DNA of 64,000 nt from assembly GCA_965546855.1 (NCBI GenBank), contig CBEUWO010000001.1, positions 20,769-84,768 of the forward strand. Reading direction: 5' to 3'. Origin of the DNA: an uncultured bacterium (GTDB lineage Bacteria > Verrucomicrobiota > Verrucomicrobiia > Opitutales > Coraliomargaritaceae). Below the pieces are notes generated by a model. The model saw nothing but the letters and a program-made list of their open reading frames with translations, did not search any database and had not been told where the DNA came from. The position numbers and the translations under genes were made by a program. Numbering within the stretch: the stretch's first letter is position 1; each line of letters begins with the position of its first letter. Below, in pieces: positions 55,872-64,000 of this stretch.

Positions 55872-56726
55872 ATGATGATGCGATTATCATATACACAAAA
55901 GGGAGTGGCGTGGATTACATTAATCGTCTTGCTCTTTTCGGTCGCGCTTTTTTACAACCGCGACGTCACCCTAGTGGATGCGCTGCTGCTGTTTGGTCTA
56001 TGCTTTGTTTGTGAGCTAATCGATAGTGGTTTAGGCATGGGTTATGGAACCATCCTGACCCCATCGCTGCTGCTCTTGGGCTACGATGCTCAGGATATCG
56101 TGCCGACCATCTTACTCTCGGAACTTTTGAGCGGGTTCACTGCCTCGTTTTTCCACAACGAGATCAAGAACGTTGATTTGAGTTTTCGGGGGAAGGATTT
56201 AAAATCCGCAGCGATCCTTGCCGGTGGCAGCATCGCAGGAGTGACCGCAGGGGTGTTTCTAGCGGTCAACATTTCCAAGCAACTTCTCAACGTCGGCGTC
56301 GGGTGCATTATTCTATTGTCAGGTCTCTTTGTGCTATTGTTGGCTCGAACCGTAGTTGAGTATCGGACTTGGAAAATGGTTCTTTTATCGATTGTGGCGT
56401 CCTTCAACAAGGCGGTCAGCGGAGGTGGCTACGGGCCGTTGGTCACCAGCGGTCAGGTTTTGAGCGGAGTGCAAGGTAAGTCTTCGGTTGGAATTACTTC
56501 ATTTGCCGAGGCCTTTACCTGCCTATTCGCCGTTTCCCTGTTTCTCGCTAAAGGGGGCGGAGTCAGCTTCGTGATCTTTATTCCCATGTGCGCTGGAGCG
56601 TTGATCTCCGTTCCATTTTCGGTGTTTGCGATTAACAAAACCAAGGAAAGCTACCTGAAGGTCATTATCGGGGTGGTGACGATGCTGATGGGAGGGCTGA
56701 CGCTTCTTAAGGCACTATCATCTTGA
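55872..56726 (+). CDS. Sulfite exporter TauE/SafE (TSUP) family membrane protein
   Basis: DSGLGMGYGTILTP, VSGGGYGP duplicated half motifs, about 9 TMs. Confidence 0.88.
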   Translation: MMMRLSYTQKGVAWITLIVLLFSVALFYNRDVTLVDALLLFGLCFVCELIDSGLGMGYGTILTPSLLLLGYDAQDIVPTILLSELLSGFTASFFHNEIKNVDLSFRGKDLKSAAILAGGSIAGVTAGVFLAVNISKQLLNVGVGCIILLSGLFVLLLARTVVEYRTWKMVLLSIVASFNKAVSGGGYGPLVTSGQVLSGVQGKSSVGITSFAEAFTCLFAVSLFLAKGGGVSFVIFIPMCAGALISVPFSVFAINKTKESYLKVIIGVVTMLMGGLTLLKALSS

Positions 56727-56750
56727 GTGTATATCGAGTCTGGTAAGCAC

Positions 56751-57023
56751 TCAACATGCTCTAAAGTGTCGAGCGCCGAAAAAGTCATGGTAGCGCCGCA
56801 TCGGCTCATGCGGCATCTGATCGCAAACGAACCGCGAGGCCTTCTCTAATTCATTATCGATTCTTGCCAAAGTTCGACGAGGAAGCAAAACACCGGACTT
56901 TATGGCCTGTTGACTCTTTTTGCTAGGCGAATGGCATTCTTTACGATACACCTCAATTTCTATCTTCACCGCACCATGAAAGAGCGGTCGCATGCTTCGG
57001 GAGAGTTCCGACTTTTTAGGCAT
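56751..57023 (-). CDS. Possible hypothetical protein (MPKKSELSRS...)
   Basis: Open frame of about 90 aa inside track ORF 56751..57119 filling an otherwise empty gap; no recognisable family. Confidence 0.3.
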   Translation of the reverse strand: MPKKSELSRSMRPLFHGAVKIEIEVYRKECHSPSKKSQQAIKSGVLLPRRTLARIDNELEKASRFVCDQMPHEPMRRYHDFFGARHFRAC

Positions 57024-57137
57024 GCATTTATTATCCAAACTGTGGTCAAACAGACCCAGGCATCCAAGAGTCGCATGATCGGAGTATCGTCTTATATATA
57101 GGCGGCCAGCGCGTCTCACTACTCAAAGCAAATCGTT

Positions 57138-58520
57138 ATGTCATTTTCTGAACTGGGACTTCTTCCCGAACTCGTTGCAGCCGTTGAAGCCAAAGGCTAC
57201 ACCACTCCTTCACCGATCCAAGCGCGTGCGATTCCTGCGGTCCTAGAGCGCCGCGACGTCCTCGGCGGCGCACAAACTGGCACGGGTAAAACCGCTGCCT
57301 TTAGTTTGCCTATGCTACAGATCCTTGCCGGCTCTGAGTTTAATGGCCAGAACAAGCGCCCCCGTGCGCTCGTCCTCGCGCCGACTCGTGAGCTCGCAGC
57401 ACAGGTGCATCAAAGCATTGTTGATTACGGTCAGCATGTGAAGATACGCTCGTGTGTGATTTTTGGTGGGGTGGGCTTCCAGCCACAGATCAATGCACTG
57501 CGCCGTGGGCTCGATATTGTCGTCGCTACTCCGGGTCGCTTGCTCGACCTCTGTCAGCGTGGTGAGATGCAACTCTCGAACATTGAGATGCTAGTCCTCG
57601 ACGAAGCCGACCGCATGTTGGACATGGGCTTTATCAATGACATTAAGAAGATTCTGCAATTGATGCCTGCCAAGCGTCAGAATTTGTTCTTCTCGGCCAC
57701 CTATACTAAGGAGGTCAAGAAGCTTGCCGACTCGATGTTGCACAATGCTGTCGAAGTCGAAGTTGCCGCCCGTAATGCCACTGCAGACCGCGTTGATCAA
57801 GAGGCGTATGTCGTCGCCCAAAAGGCAAAACCACAATTTCTAGCCGAACTGATCGAGCAGGGGGATTGGACGCAAATCCTGGTCTTTTCTCGCACCAAGC
57901 ATGGCGCTAATAAGCTCGCTACGCATTTGGATAAGCAAGGTATCAGCGCAATGGCGATTCATGGCAACAAGAGCCAGTCCGCCCGTGAGCGTGCCCTCGC
58001 AGCCTTCAAAGCGAACAAGATTCGTGTGCTGGTCGCAACTGATATTGCCGCACGTGGTCTCGACATCGCCGATTTGCCGCATGTGGTGAATTACGAGCTG
58101 CCAAATATCCCCGAAGACTATGTGCACCGCATCGGCCGCACAGGTCGTGCAGGTAGAGCGGGTAACGCAGTCTCACTCGTCAGTGATGTCGAAGAGGGCT
58201 ATCTCTGGGACATCGAGAAGACGATGAAGAAGCACATTCCACTTTTCAGAATCGATGATCGGGGCGAAAAGATTGCTGTGCCACGTCCGGCGACACGCTC
58301 AAAGCTCTCACGCCCTGCACCCGGTCAACAGAACCGTGGCGGTGGTGGCCGTGGTCGTGGCCGTCAGGGCGGCGGCGGTGGACGTCCACAAGGAGGTGGT
58401 CGTGCAGGCGGTGGTCGTTCCCAAGGCGGCGGTCGTGCAGGCGGCGGTCGTTCTGGCGGTGGCTCACCAGCTGGTGGGTCGAGCGCAGCGCCGACTCGTT
58501 CACGCGGACGCAATCGTTAA
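57138..58520 (+). CDS. rhlE: DEAD-box RNA helicase RhlE-like
   Basis: Q motif, AQTGTGKT, PTRELA, TPGRLLD, DEAD, SAT, ARGLD, HRIGRTGRAG, Gly/Arg-rich tail. Confidence 0.95.
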   Translation: MSFSELGLLPELVAAVEAKGYTTPSPIQARAIPAVLERRDVLGGAQTGTGKTAAFSLPMLQILAGSEFNGQNKRPRALVLAPTRELAAQVHQSIVDYGQHVKIRSCVIFGGVGFQPQINALRRGLDIVVATPGRLLDLCQRGEMQLSNIEMLVLDEADRMLDMGFINDIKKILQLMPAKRQNLFFSATYTKEVKKLADSMLHNAVEVEVAARNATADRVDQEAYVVAQKAKPQFLAELIEQGDWTQILVFSRTKHGANKLATHLDKQGISAMAIHGNKSQSARERALAAFKANKIRVLVATDIAARGLDIADLPHVVNYELPNIPEDYVHRIGRTGRAGRAGNAVSLVSDVEEGYLWDIEKTMKKHIPLFRIDDRGEKIAVPRPATRSKLSRPAPGQQNRGGGGRGRGRQGGGGGRPQGGGRAGGGRSQGGGRAGGGRSGGGSPAGGSSAAPTRSRGRNR

Positions 58521-58531
58521 TCATTTTGAAG

Positions 58532-58559
58532 GGCGGGCTGAACAGCCCGCCTTTTTTTT
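58532..58559 (+). terminator. Intrinsic terminator of rhlE
   Basis: ggcgggctg-aa-cagcccgcc followed by T8. Confidence 0.9.
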
Positions 58560-58638
58560 ATGCCTGTAGAACGCTGGTGAAGCCAGTGTGACCCTCCGAC
58601 TCAAGATTCATCGCATAAAACGCATAAACCTAGATTCG

Positions 58639-58785
58639 GGAGTTAGAAGTAATGAGTTAGAAGTTAGTGTCTCTGTGTCAGAGACTTACGGGATGTTGAG
58701 GACTAGCCAACTTGGCGAACCTCTCTGATACTGTAAACAACTGATGATCTGAGACTAACTCCTGACTACTAGCTTCTAACTACTC
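58639..58785. repeat. Inverted heptamer arms around a ~80-bp core, upstream of hemN
   Basis: Left: ggagtta gaagtaa tgagtta gaagtta gtgtctc. Right: gaga ctaactc ctgacta ctagctt ctaacta ctc, an imperfect reverse complement. Confidence 0.75.
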
Positions 58786-58793
58786 TTTTTAGG

Positions 58794-58807
58794 TTGATGT
58801 AGATCAT
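58794..58807 (+). promoter_or_regulatory. Possible FNR/Crp-family box upstream of hemN
   Basis: TTGAT-gtag-ATCAT, one mismatch to TTGAT-N4-ATCAA, 91 bp before the hemN ATG. Confidence 0.45.
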
Positions 58808-58898
58808 TGAATCGGCTGAAACCTGCGGCATGTGGCGCTTGCGTCTTGGCAAAGCCCTTCGCGAGTGCTTTCCTGTTTAGAAAATAGGATTCCTAGCC

Positions 58899-60263
58899 AT
58901 GCGCATTACAGCCGAAGATCTTCAACTCATTGATAAATATAACCGCCCAGGACCTCGCTATACTAGCTATCCACCGGCGAATCATTTTCGTGAATACGAA
59001 GACCCAACACCTTTGCTGAGCTCGGTCGAAGAGGGTGATGCACCGCTGTCGCTGTATTTTCACCTGCCGTTTTGCGAAACGCTATGCTGGTTCTGTGGCT
59101 GTCATACCATTACGACCCTCGATCATGATCGTGCGGATCATTATCTCGATCTGTTGGAGAAGGAGTTGGAGATTTTTTGCCAGCACCTCAAGCTCGGGCG
59201 TAAGGCAGTGCAGCTGCATTTCGGAGGGGGCACGCCGAACTTTTTTAGGCCGGAGCAGATTGATCGCCTCGCCGCGATGATAGATCGGCATTTCACATTT
59301 ACCGGCGATGCGGAGAAATCCGTCGAGTTGGATCCGCGTCGTCTGACGTTGGAGCACATACAAGCTTTTGCCCGCATGGGAGTCACACGAGCTTCGTATG
59401 GTGTGCAAGATTGCGACCTAGAGGTACAAAAAGCGATTCACCGCATCCAGCCACATGCGATGAATGTGGAGACGATGGAGCATCTGCGCGACAGTGGTTA
59501 TGATTCGGTCAACATGGATTTGATCTATGGCCTGCCACTACAGACACCGGAAAGTTTTTCGCGGACCTTGGATCTAGTGTTGGAATTGAAGCCAGATCGT
59601 TTTGCGATTTTCAACTATGCACATGTGCCTTGGATGCGTCCCGCGCAGAAGCTGTTGGAGCGCCATGGGCTACCATCCGCTGAGGCCAAGCTGGAGCTGC
59701 TGCAGCTCTGCATCGAGCGCCTCACGGAGGCGGGCTACGTGTATATCGGCACGGATCACTTCGCGCTGCCGACTGATGAGCTAGTCAAGGCGCAACGCGA
59801 GCAATCGCTACAACGCAACTTTCAAGGCTACAGCACGCGTGCCGGAGTCGAAATCTGCGGTTTCGGAATTTCTAGTATTTCGCAGGGAGCCAATGGTTTT
59901 CGTCAAAATAACAAAGATATGTTGTCCTATCAGGCCTCGATTGACGCCGGCCAGTTGCCGATCACCAAAGGCTACGAACAGACTGATGAGGACAAGATGC
60001 GCTCGGATGTTATCATGCGCTTAATGTGTGACTTGTTCTTAGATTTTGGCGCGATGTCGGAGAAGTGGGATATTGATTTCCGAGTACACTTTGCCGATGC
60101 AATGGTTCAGTTGGAGGAGCCGCTCAGCGATGGGTTGATCGTTTTGACAGATAAGGGCTTTGCAGTGACCGAACGCGGGCGCCTGTTTGTCCGTAATCTA
60201 GCGATGTGCTTCGATGCGTACCTTCAGCCGACCGAGACTGCACGCTACTCGAAGACGATCTAG
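58899..60263 (+). CDS. hemN: Oxygen-independent coproporphyrinogen III oxidase
   Basis: GPRYTSYPPA, YFHLPFCETLCWFCGC radical-SAM motif, HFGGGTP, YGLPLQT, RNFQGYST. Confidence 0.97.
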   Translation: MRITAEDLQLIDKYNRPGPRYTSYPPANHFREYEDPTPLLSSVEEGDAPLSLYFHLPFCETLCWFCGCHTITTLDHDRADHYLDLLEKELEIFCQHLKLGRKAVQLHFGGGTPNFFRPEQIDRLAAMIDRHFTFTGDAEKSVELDPRRLTLEHIQAFARMGVTRASYGVQDCDLEVQKAIHRIQPHAMNVETMEHLRDSGYDSVNMDLIYGLPLQTPESFSRTLDLVLELKPDRFAIFNYAHVPWMRPAQKLLERHGLPSAEAKLELLQLCIERLTEAGYVYIGTDHFALPTDELVKAQREQSLQRNFQGYSTRAGVEICGFGISSISQGANGFRQNNKDMLSYQASIDAGQLPITKGYEQTDEDKMRSDVIMRLMCDLFLDFGAMSEKWDIDFRVHFADAMVQLEEPLSDGLIVLTDKGFAVTERGRLFVRNLAMCFDAYLQPTETARYSKTI

Positions 60264-60407
60264 CCTGCTTCACGTTAGACGCACGTCATCGAAACCGTTG
60301 CCGACTTTGCCATCGCTCAGATTGCGATACACGTTATCACAGGAATCTTCGTAGCGAATTGGCGAAGTCATTTCGACTCCAGTGTTGCTGCTCGTATGAC
60401 GCATACG

Positions 60408-61388
60408 CTAAAACCACTTTAGCTTTTTGAAGAACAGGATCTGCAGTGTGATGATGCCTGCGAGTATCATGCAAAAAAGGTAAAAAGCATTGCCGTTTTC
60501 TGAACCGGGAATGCCGCCGACATTGATGCCGAGCAGGCCAGTCAGGAACCCCAATGGCAGGAATATGGCTGCGATGACTGACAGCATATACATATTTTTG
60601 TTCATCTTGTCAGATAGGGCATTCGTCAGCTCGTCTTTGATGATTTGGGCGCGCTCACGGATCGCATCCAAATCCTCGAGATAGCGGATCACGTGATCGA
60701 GCGATTCCTGTAAGCGTCGCTTGTCGATTTGACTTAACCACGCTTGCTCGGATATGCGTAGGTGTGCCATGACGTCACGTTGTGGTGCAATATAACGCCG
60801 ATACATGATCGCCTCTTTACGGATCGAGGTAATATCAGAGCGATGCTCTGCGTCTGGGCTCTCCATAACTTGCTCTTCGGTCAGATCCAAGCGATCATCC
60901 AACTCCGAGAAAATAGGCTCCATTCGCTCAAACAGTCGCGCGCTCAACGTCGTGATGAATTCGCCGGGAGTTTTCGGTCCTCGACCTGCCAATAAGCGCT
61001 CACAGATGTCAGTGATTGGCTTGAGATGTCGACGTTGCAGTGTAATGATATTCGACTGATCGATCCACATACGAATCGAAACCATGTCTTCCGGTTGCGC
61101 ATTTTGATTGAGATTGATACCGCGCAAAATCAGCAAGATGCCTTGCTGGAATTCTAAGATTCGGGGACGTGTTTCTTCGGCAAGCAGCGCATCCAAAATA
61201 ATTGGATCTAGATAACTCACTTTTTGCTCCAACCATTCGCGACTCTCAGGGGCGTTTACATCGAGGTGCACCCAGGCTAATGTGTCTGCCGCCTGCACGC
61301 ACTTCGTAATCGCCTCGTCGGTCAATGCGATACCTTGGCCTGTGTTATCTATTTGATGTGCGTGAAGGATGCTTGGGTTATGACTCAT
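60408..61388 (-). CDS. zntB: CorA-family zinc transporter ZntB-like
   Basis: WVHLD, ALLAEETRPR, MVSIRMWI, FLPLGFLTGLLGINVGGIP. Confidence 0.88.
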   Translation of the reverse strand: MSHNPSILHAHQIDNTGQGIALTDEAITKCVQAADTLAWVHLDVNAPESREWLEQKVSYLDPIILDALLAEETRPRILEFQQGILLILRGINLNQNAQPEDMVSIRMWIDQSNIITLQRRHLKPITDICERLLAGRGPKTPGEFITTLSARLFERMEPIFSELDDRLDLTEEQVMESPDAEHRSDITSIRKEAIMYRRYIAPQRDVMAHLRISEQAWLSQIDKRRLQESLDHVIRYLEDLDAIRERAQIIKDELTNALSDKMNKNMYMLSVIAAIFLPLGFLTGLLGINVGGIPGSENGNAFYLFCMILAGIITLQILFFKKLKWF

Positions 61389-61451
61389 GTTTTGGGGGGG
61401 ATATTTACGTCGGAGGTTTTCAGATGTAGATCGCGCTGAGGAAATGGAATC

Positions 61452-61612
61452 TCAATTCGAAACCATCACTTCTTTACCATCAAAGGTCTCGATTACGGTG
61501 AAGCGTGCACTCGATCTGCGGATAAAACCAGCCGTGCCGTCTCCCATCTCTACCAAGTCATCTTGCTCCACCGATTTTTCCATCAGTAATATAATTCCAC
61601 TAATGCGCTTTT
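61452..61612 (-). pseudogene. Remnant of a MscS small mechanosensitive channel gene
   Basis: ISGIILLMEKSVEQDDLVEMGDGTAGFIRRSSARFTVIETFDGKEVMVSN* matches the MscS TM3b/beta-domain pattern; no N-terminal TMs, premature stop. Confidence 0.7.
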
Positions 61613-62056
61613 TCAAACAGATGAATCGATTCGAGCTGGCTTGTTGGGCGTTAGCCAATGATCGACGGCAGAGTCTACTAGGAACGCGTCGCTCAATGTT
61701 TCTCGCCCCAGCAGCATGCGATGAATCATGTTTTTACGGCAAACGAGGTTGACCAATATGCGTTGCTCTACATGCGCTAATCGTAATGTTGTTTCTACGA
61801 AAATACGGTCGTGGCCGTGGCCCGCGCTACTGCGGACGCGCTTGCGTAACTGTATCGGCTCTTCGAGTGTGAGGAGTCGTTGCTGCTTGCGATCTAAGCG
61901 CACGGTGAAACGTACACGTTCGCCAGGCAATTCTGTGATCTCTCCACAATCAATTGCGCTGCTCTTTGCGCCAGTATCTGCTTTCGCGCGAATGCGAATG
62001 CCCCAATCGGGCAATTCAACCCATTCGCGCCAACCAATTGTTGTTTTTGATCTCAT
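61613..62056 (-). CDS. RimK-associated retropepsin-like protease (so-called ATP-dependent Zn protease family)
   Basis: IGWREWVELP, AKADTGAKSSA, MLLGR. Confidence 0.9.
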   Translation of the reverse strand: MRSKTTIGWREWVELPDWGIRIRAKADTGAKSSAIDCGEITELPGERVRFTVRLDRKQQRLLTLEEPIQLRKRVRSSAGHGHDRIFVETTLRLAHVEQRILVNLVCRKNMIHRMLLGRETLSDAFLVDSAVDHWLTPNKPARIDSSV

Positions 62057-63129
62057 GCGTCCTCTTCTAGTTCGGTGACCGTAATATTTGTCGCCAGCTG
62101 AGAGCGAATGTCGGTTTCGATCATGCCTTCTTCTAGGCCGTCGATACTCGCCTCCATCTTACGCTGTGAGCGCTTTGTGTTGTGTAGCGCAATGTGGACG
62201 ACTGGATCGCCTGGACCCACTGCCGGCATCGTCGTCATGCCCATCACGATACCATCGTGTGGGCTGCGAATGACTTCCTTTTCCATGCCTAGTAAACTCG
62301 TGCTGCTGGCTACAGGTTGTCCTTTCGATACGGTTTCGCCTGGAGCTACGTGGAAGCGCAGGAAGCCGCCTGTTTCTGAGCGGATCCAGCGTGTTTCTTC
62401 AACTATGACTTGATGAGGCGGTGCTTCGTAGGCATCGCTATCCGTCATTTTTAGTTCGTGTAAAACGTTAACGATACCGCGGGTAGTTAAATCCTGAACC
62501 GCTGGCTCGACTTTCCACACTTCGCCTGCTTCAAGCACGATGGTCGGGCAACCTGCTTTGACTGATTCCTTGCGCAGCGAGCTGTCGGGGCCGGTGCCAT
62601 TGACGATCACTTCACAACCGAAGGCCTTCGCTAAGCGCTCACAATCGGCATTGTCACAGTCGGCACGAACGTTGGGGAAGTTGGTGCGTCGTACGGCTGC
62701 GGTATGTAGATCGACGATGTAATCGCAGCGAGCAACCACTTCGCTAAAGATCAATTTTGCCAAGCGTGCGCTTAAGCTGCCGGTGGCACTGCCAGGGAAG
62801 CAGCGGTTGAGGTCGCGCCGATCTGGGCTGTAGCGACTGTGACGCTCAAAGCCCATGATGTTGAGCACTGGTGCGAGTATCAATGCACCGCGCTTCAATT
62901 TAAATGGTGGTTCTTGAATAATCCCACGAATGGCACCCGTGCCGTTGATTTCATCGCCATGCAGTGCGCCAGTAATTCCCAACACGGGGCCAGGCTTGGG
63001 TGCGCGCCAGACCATGAGTGGTAAGTTGATATTGGCCCCGCTGAAGCTTTTGCCGACTTGGAGTTGCAAGCGTTTGCGTTGGTCGGGGGCGATTTGCTGA
63101 GTGCCCCAAACTCCGACATCAAGGCTCAT
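62053..63129 (-). CDS. Succinylglutamate desuccinylase/aspartoacylase family protein
   Basis: GALHGDEING, DLNRCFPG, DLHT, LEAGE, C-terminal biotinyl-like hairpin. Confidence 0.9.
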   Translation of the reverse strand: MSLDVGVWGTQQIAPDQRKRLQLQVGKSFSGANINLPLMVWRAPKPGPVLGITGALHGDEINGTGAIRGIIQEPPFKLKRGALILAPVLNIMGFERHSRYSPDRRDLNRCFPGSATGSLSARLAKLIFSEVVARCDYIVDLHTAAVRRTNFPNVRADCDNADCERLAKAFGCEVIVNGTGPDSSLRKESVKAGCPTIVLEAGEVWKVEPAVQDLTTRGIVNVLHELKMTDSDAYEAPPHQVIVEETRWIRSETGGFLRFHVAPGETVSKGQPVASSTSLLGMEKEVIRSPHDGIVMGMTTMPAVGPGDPVVHIALHNTKRSQRKMEASIDGLEEGMIETDIRSQLATNITVTELEEDA

Positions 63130-64000
63130 GTTGTGTGCCCTTCGGTGACTGGTGTGCTTGGCAATGGCTTTAGCTTGCGACGCTTTTTAGGCTGATCGGG
63201 GATCAACCCTTTCATGTGATCGGAGCGACCGTAACAGAGTAGTGAGTCGTCTGCTTCTAGCAAGCGACTTCCTTTTGGATTTGAAATCACCGAACCGCCA
63301 CGTCGCAGCGTAAGCACAACTACGTCTTGCTCGCGTAGGTTCGTCGCTTCGATGGTCATTCCAACAAATTTGCTGCCATCGGGGATGTGGATGTCTGCGA
63401 CTCCGTAACCACGGCTCACGGTGAGGCGTTGGCGAATATCAATTTCAGGGAATTTTACCTGATCTGCAACATAGTCGACCACTGCGCCGGCAATATCTAA
63501 GCCTGTGGCCCCTTCGATGCCTTCGAGGCCAGGAGATGAATTAACTTCCATCACCTGTGGACCGTTTGCTCCTTCGAGCATATCAACGCCACACACGCGG
63601 AGCCCCATGATCTGTGCAGCACGCACGGCGGCTTCAGCGTAAGCCGGATCGAGGTCAATGGCTTCTGCTTTTCCGCCTCGATGCACATTGCTGCGGAACT
63701 CTTGGCCCTGAGCTGTGCGGCGAATCGCAGCGACCACACGATCGCCAATCACAAACGCACGGACGTCTTTGCCTTTACTTTCTGCAACAAACTTTTGCAG
63801 CAAGACTTGTTGGTTGGTGCTGTGTAGCGTCTCAACAATTGCTTTCGCAATTTCTGACTTATCTGCAAGAATCACGCCAACGCCTTGAGTGCCTTCAAGT
63901 AGTTTGATGATCACGGGCGCACCGCCGACACGTTCCAATGCCTCTGCGACATCACGTTTGTCGTTGACGTAGGCAGTGAGTGGAATTCCGATGTCGTGGC
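63126..64000 (-). CDS. rimK: RimK-family alpha-L-glutamate ligase with a C-terminal TrkA-C (RCK_C) domain (5' end beyond window)
   Basis: Frame stays open to the window edge (HDIGIPLTAY). IIKLLEGTQGVGV, DVRAFVIG, FRSNVHRGG, GVDMLE, EVNSSPGLEGIE, then VGMTIEATNLREQDVVVLTLRRG...LEADDSLL (RCK_C). Confidence 0.92.
   Translation of the reverse strand, partial: HDIGIPLTAYVNDKRDVAEALERVGGAPVIIKLLEGTQGVGVILADKSEIAKAIVETLHSTNQQVLLQKFVAESKGKDVRAFVIGDRVVAAIRRTAQGQEFRSNVHRGGKAEAIDLDPAYAEAAVRAAQIMGLRVCGVDMLEGANGPQVMEVNSSPGLEGIEGATGLDIAGAVVDYVADQVKFPEIDIRQRLTVSRGYGVADIHIPDGSKFVGMTIEATNLREQDVVVLTLRRGGSVISNPKGSRLLEADDSLLCYGRSDHMKGLIPDQPKKRRKLKPLPSTPVTEGHTT

Noticed and set aside
55853-55880. Trinucleotide run (AAC)4(GAC)2(GAT)3 at the TSUP start
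   Set aside because: Short and mixed; it only makes the start ambiguous among three tandem ATGs.
56751-57119. Faint resemblance of PMRRYHDFFGARH to DUF4186 proteins
   Set aside because: Only a few residues match and the rest does not fit; not supportable without a search.
58330-58470. Repeated GGGR/GGGRAGGGRS coding units in rhlE
   Set aside because: Ordinary low-complexity RGG-type tail of DEAD-box helicases.
58612-58629. 9-bp doublet cgcataaaa cgcataaac, plus similar weak periodicities at 12961-12980 and 40041-40070
   Set aside because: Only two or very degenerate units; cannot be distinguished from chance.
61394-61400. G7 tract just upstream of zntB as a phase-variation site
   Set aside because: Too short, and outside the coding sequence.

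Overview
A gene-dense (~52% GC) chromosomal window that reads like a marine Verrucomicrobiota/Opitutia genome (inference from gene style, the lpxC-fabZ fusion and operon layout). In order it holds: a type II secretion cluster (gspD partial, M, L, K, J, I, H, G) with an output-less response regulator; a MoxR-DUF58-transglutaminase triad; tsaE-thiL-xth; an atypical short rho; a Glu dehydrogenase; nuoB-N (no nuoA); lpdA-sucB-sucA; SUI1, hpt, DAHP synthase, ffh, lpxC-fabZ, lpxA, aroC; several conserved hypotheticals; radD; a pncB-nadE(truncated)-nrtR NAD locus with an NrtR box; a small decayed accessory patch; rhlE, hemN, zntB; and a RimK(-RCK_C)/deacylase/protease operon. I found no rRNA, tRNA, CRISPR or intact transposase. 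The main unexplained structure is a dispersed set of at least 12 short tandem arrays of degenerate 7-, 8- and 14-bp units inside housekeeping operons. They tend to follow a strand polarity (purine-rich form after stop codons, pyrimidine-rich form before start codons). Three are inverted pairs, two of them capped by mini-hairpins. Most carry a stop codon that cycles through all three frames. One lies inside the gspJ leader peptide and one sits exactly at the truncation point of nadE.
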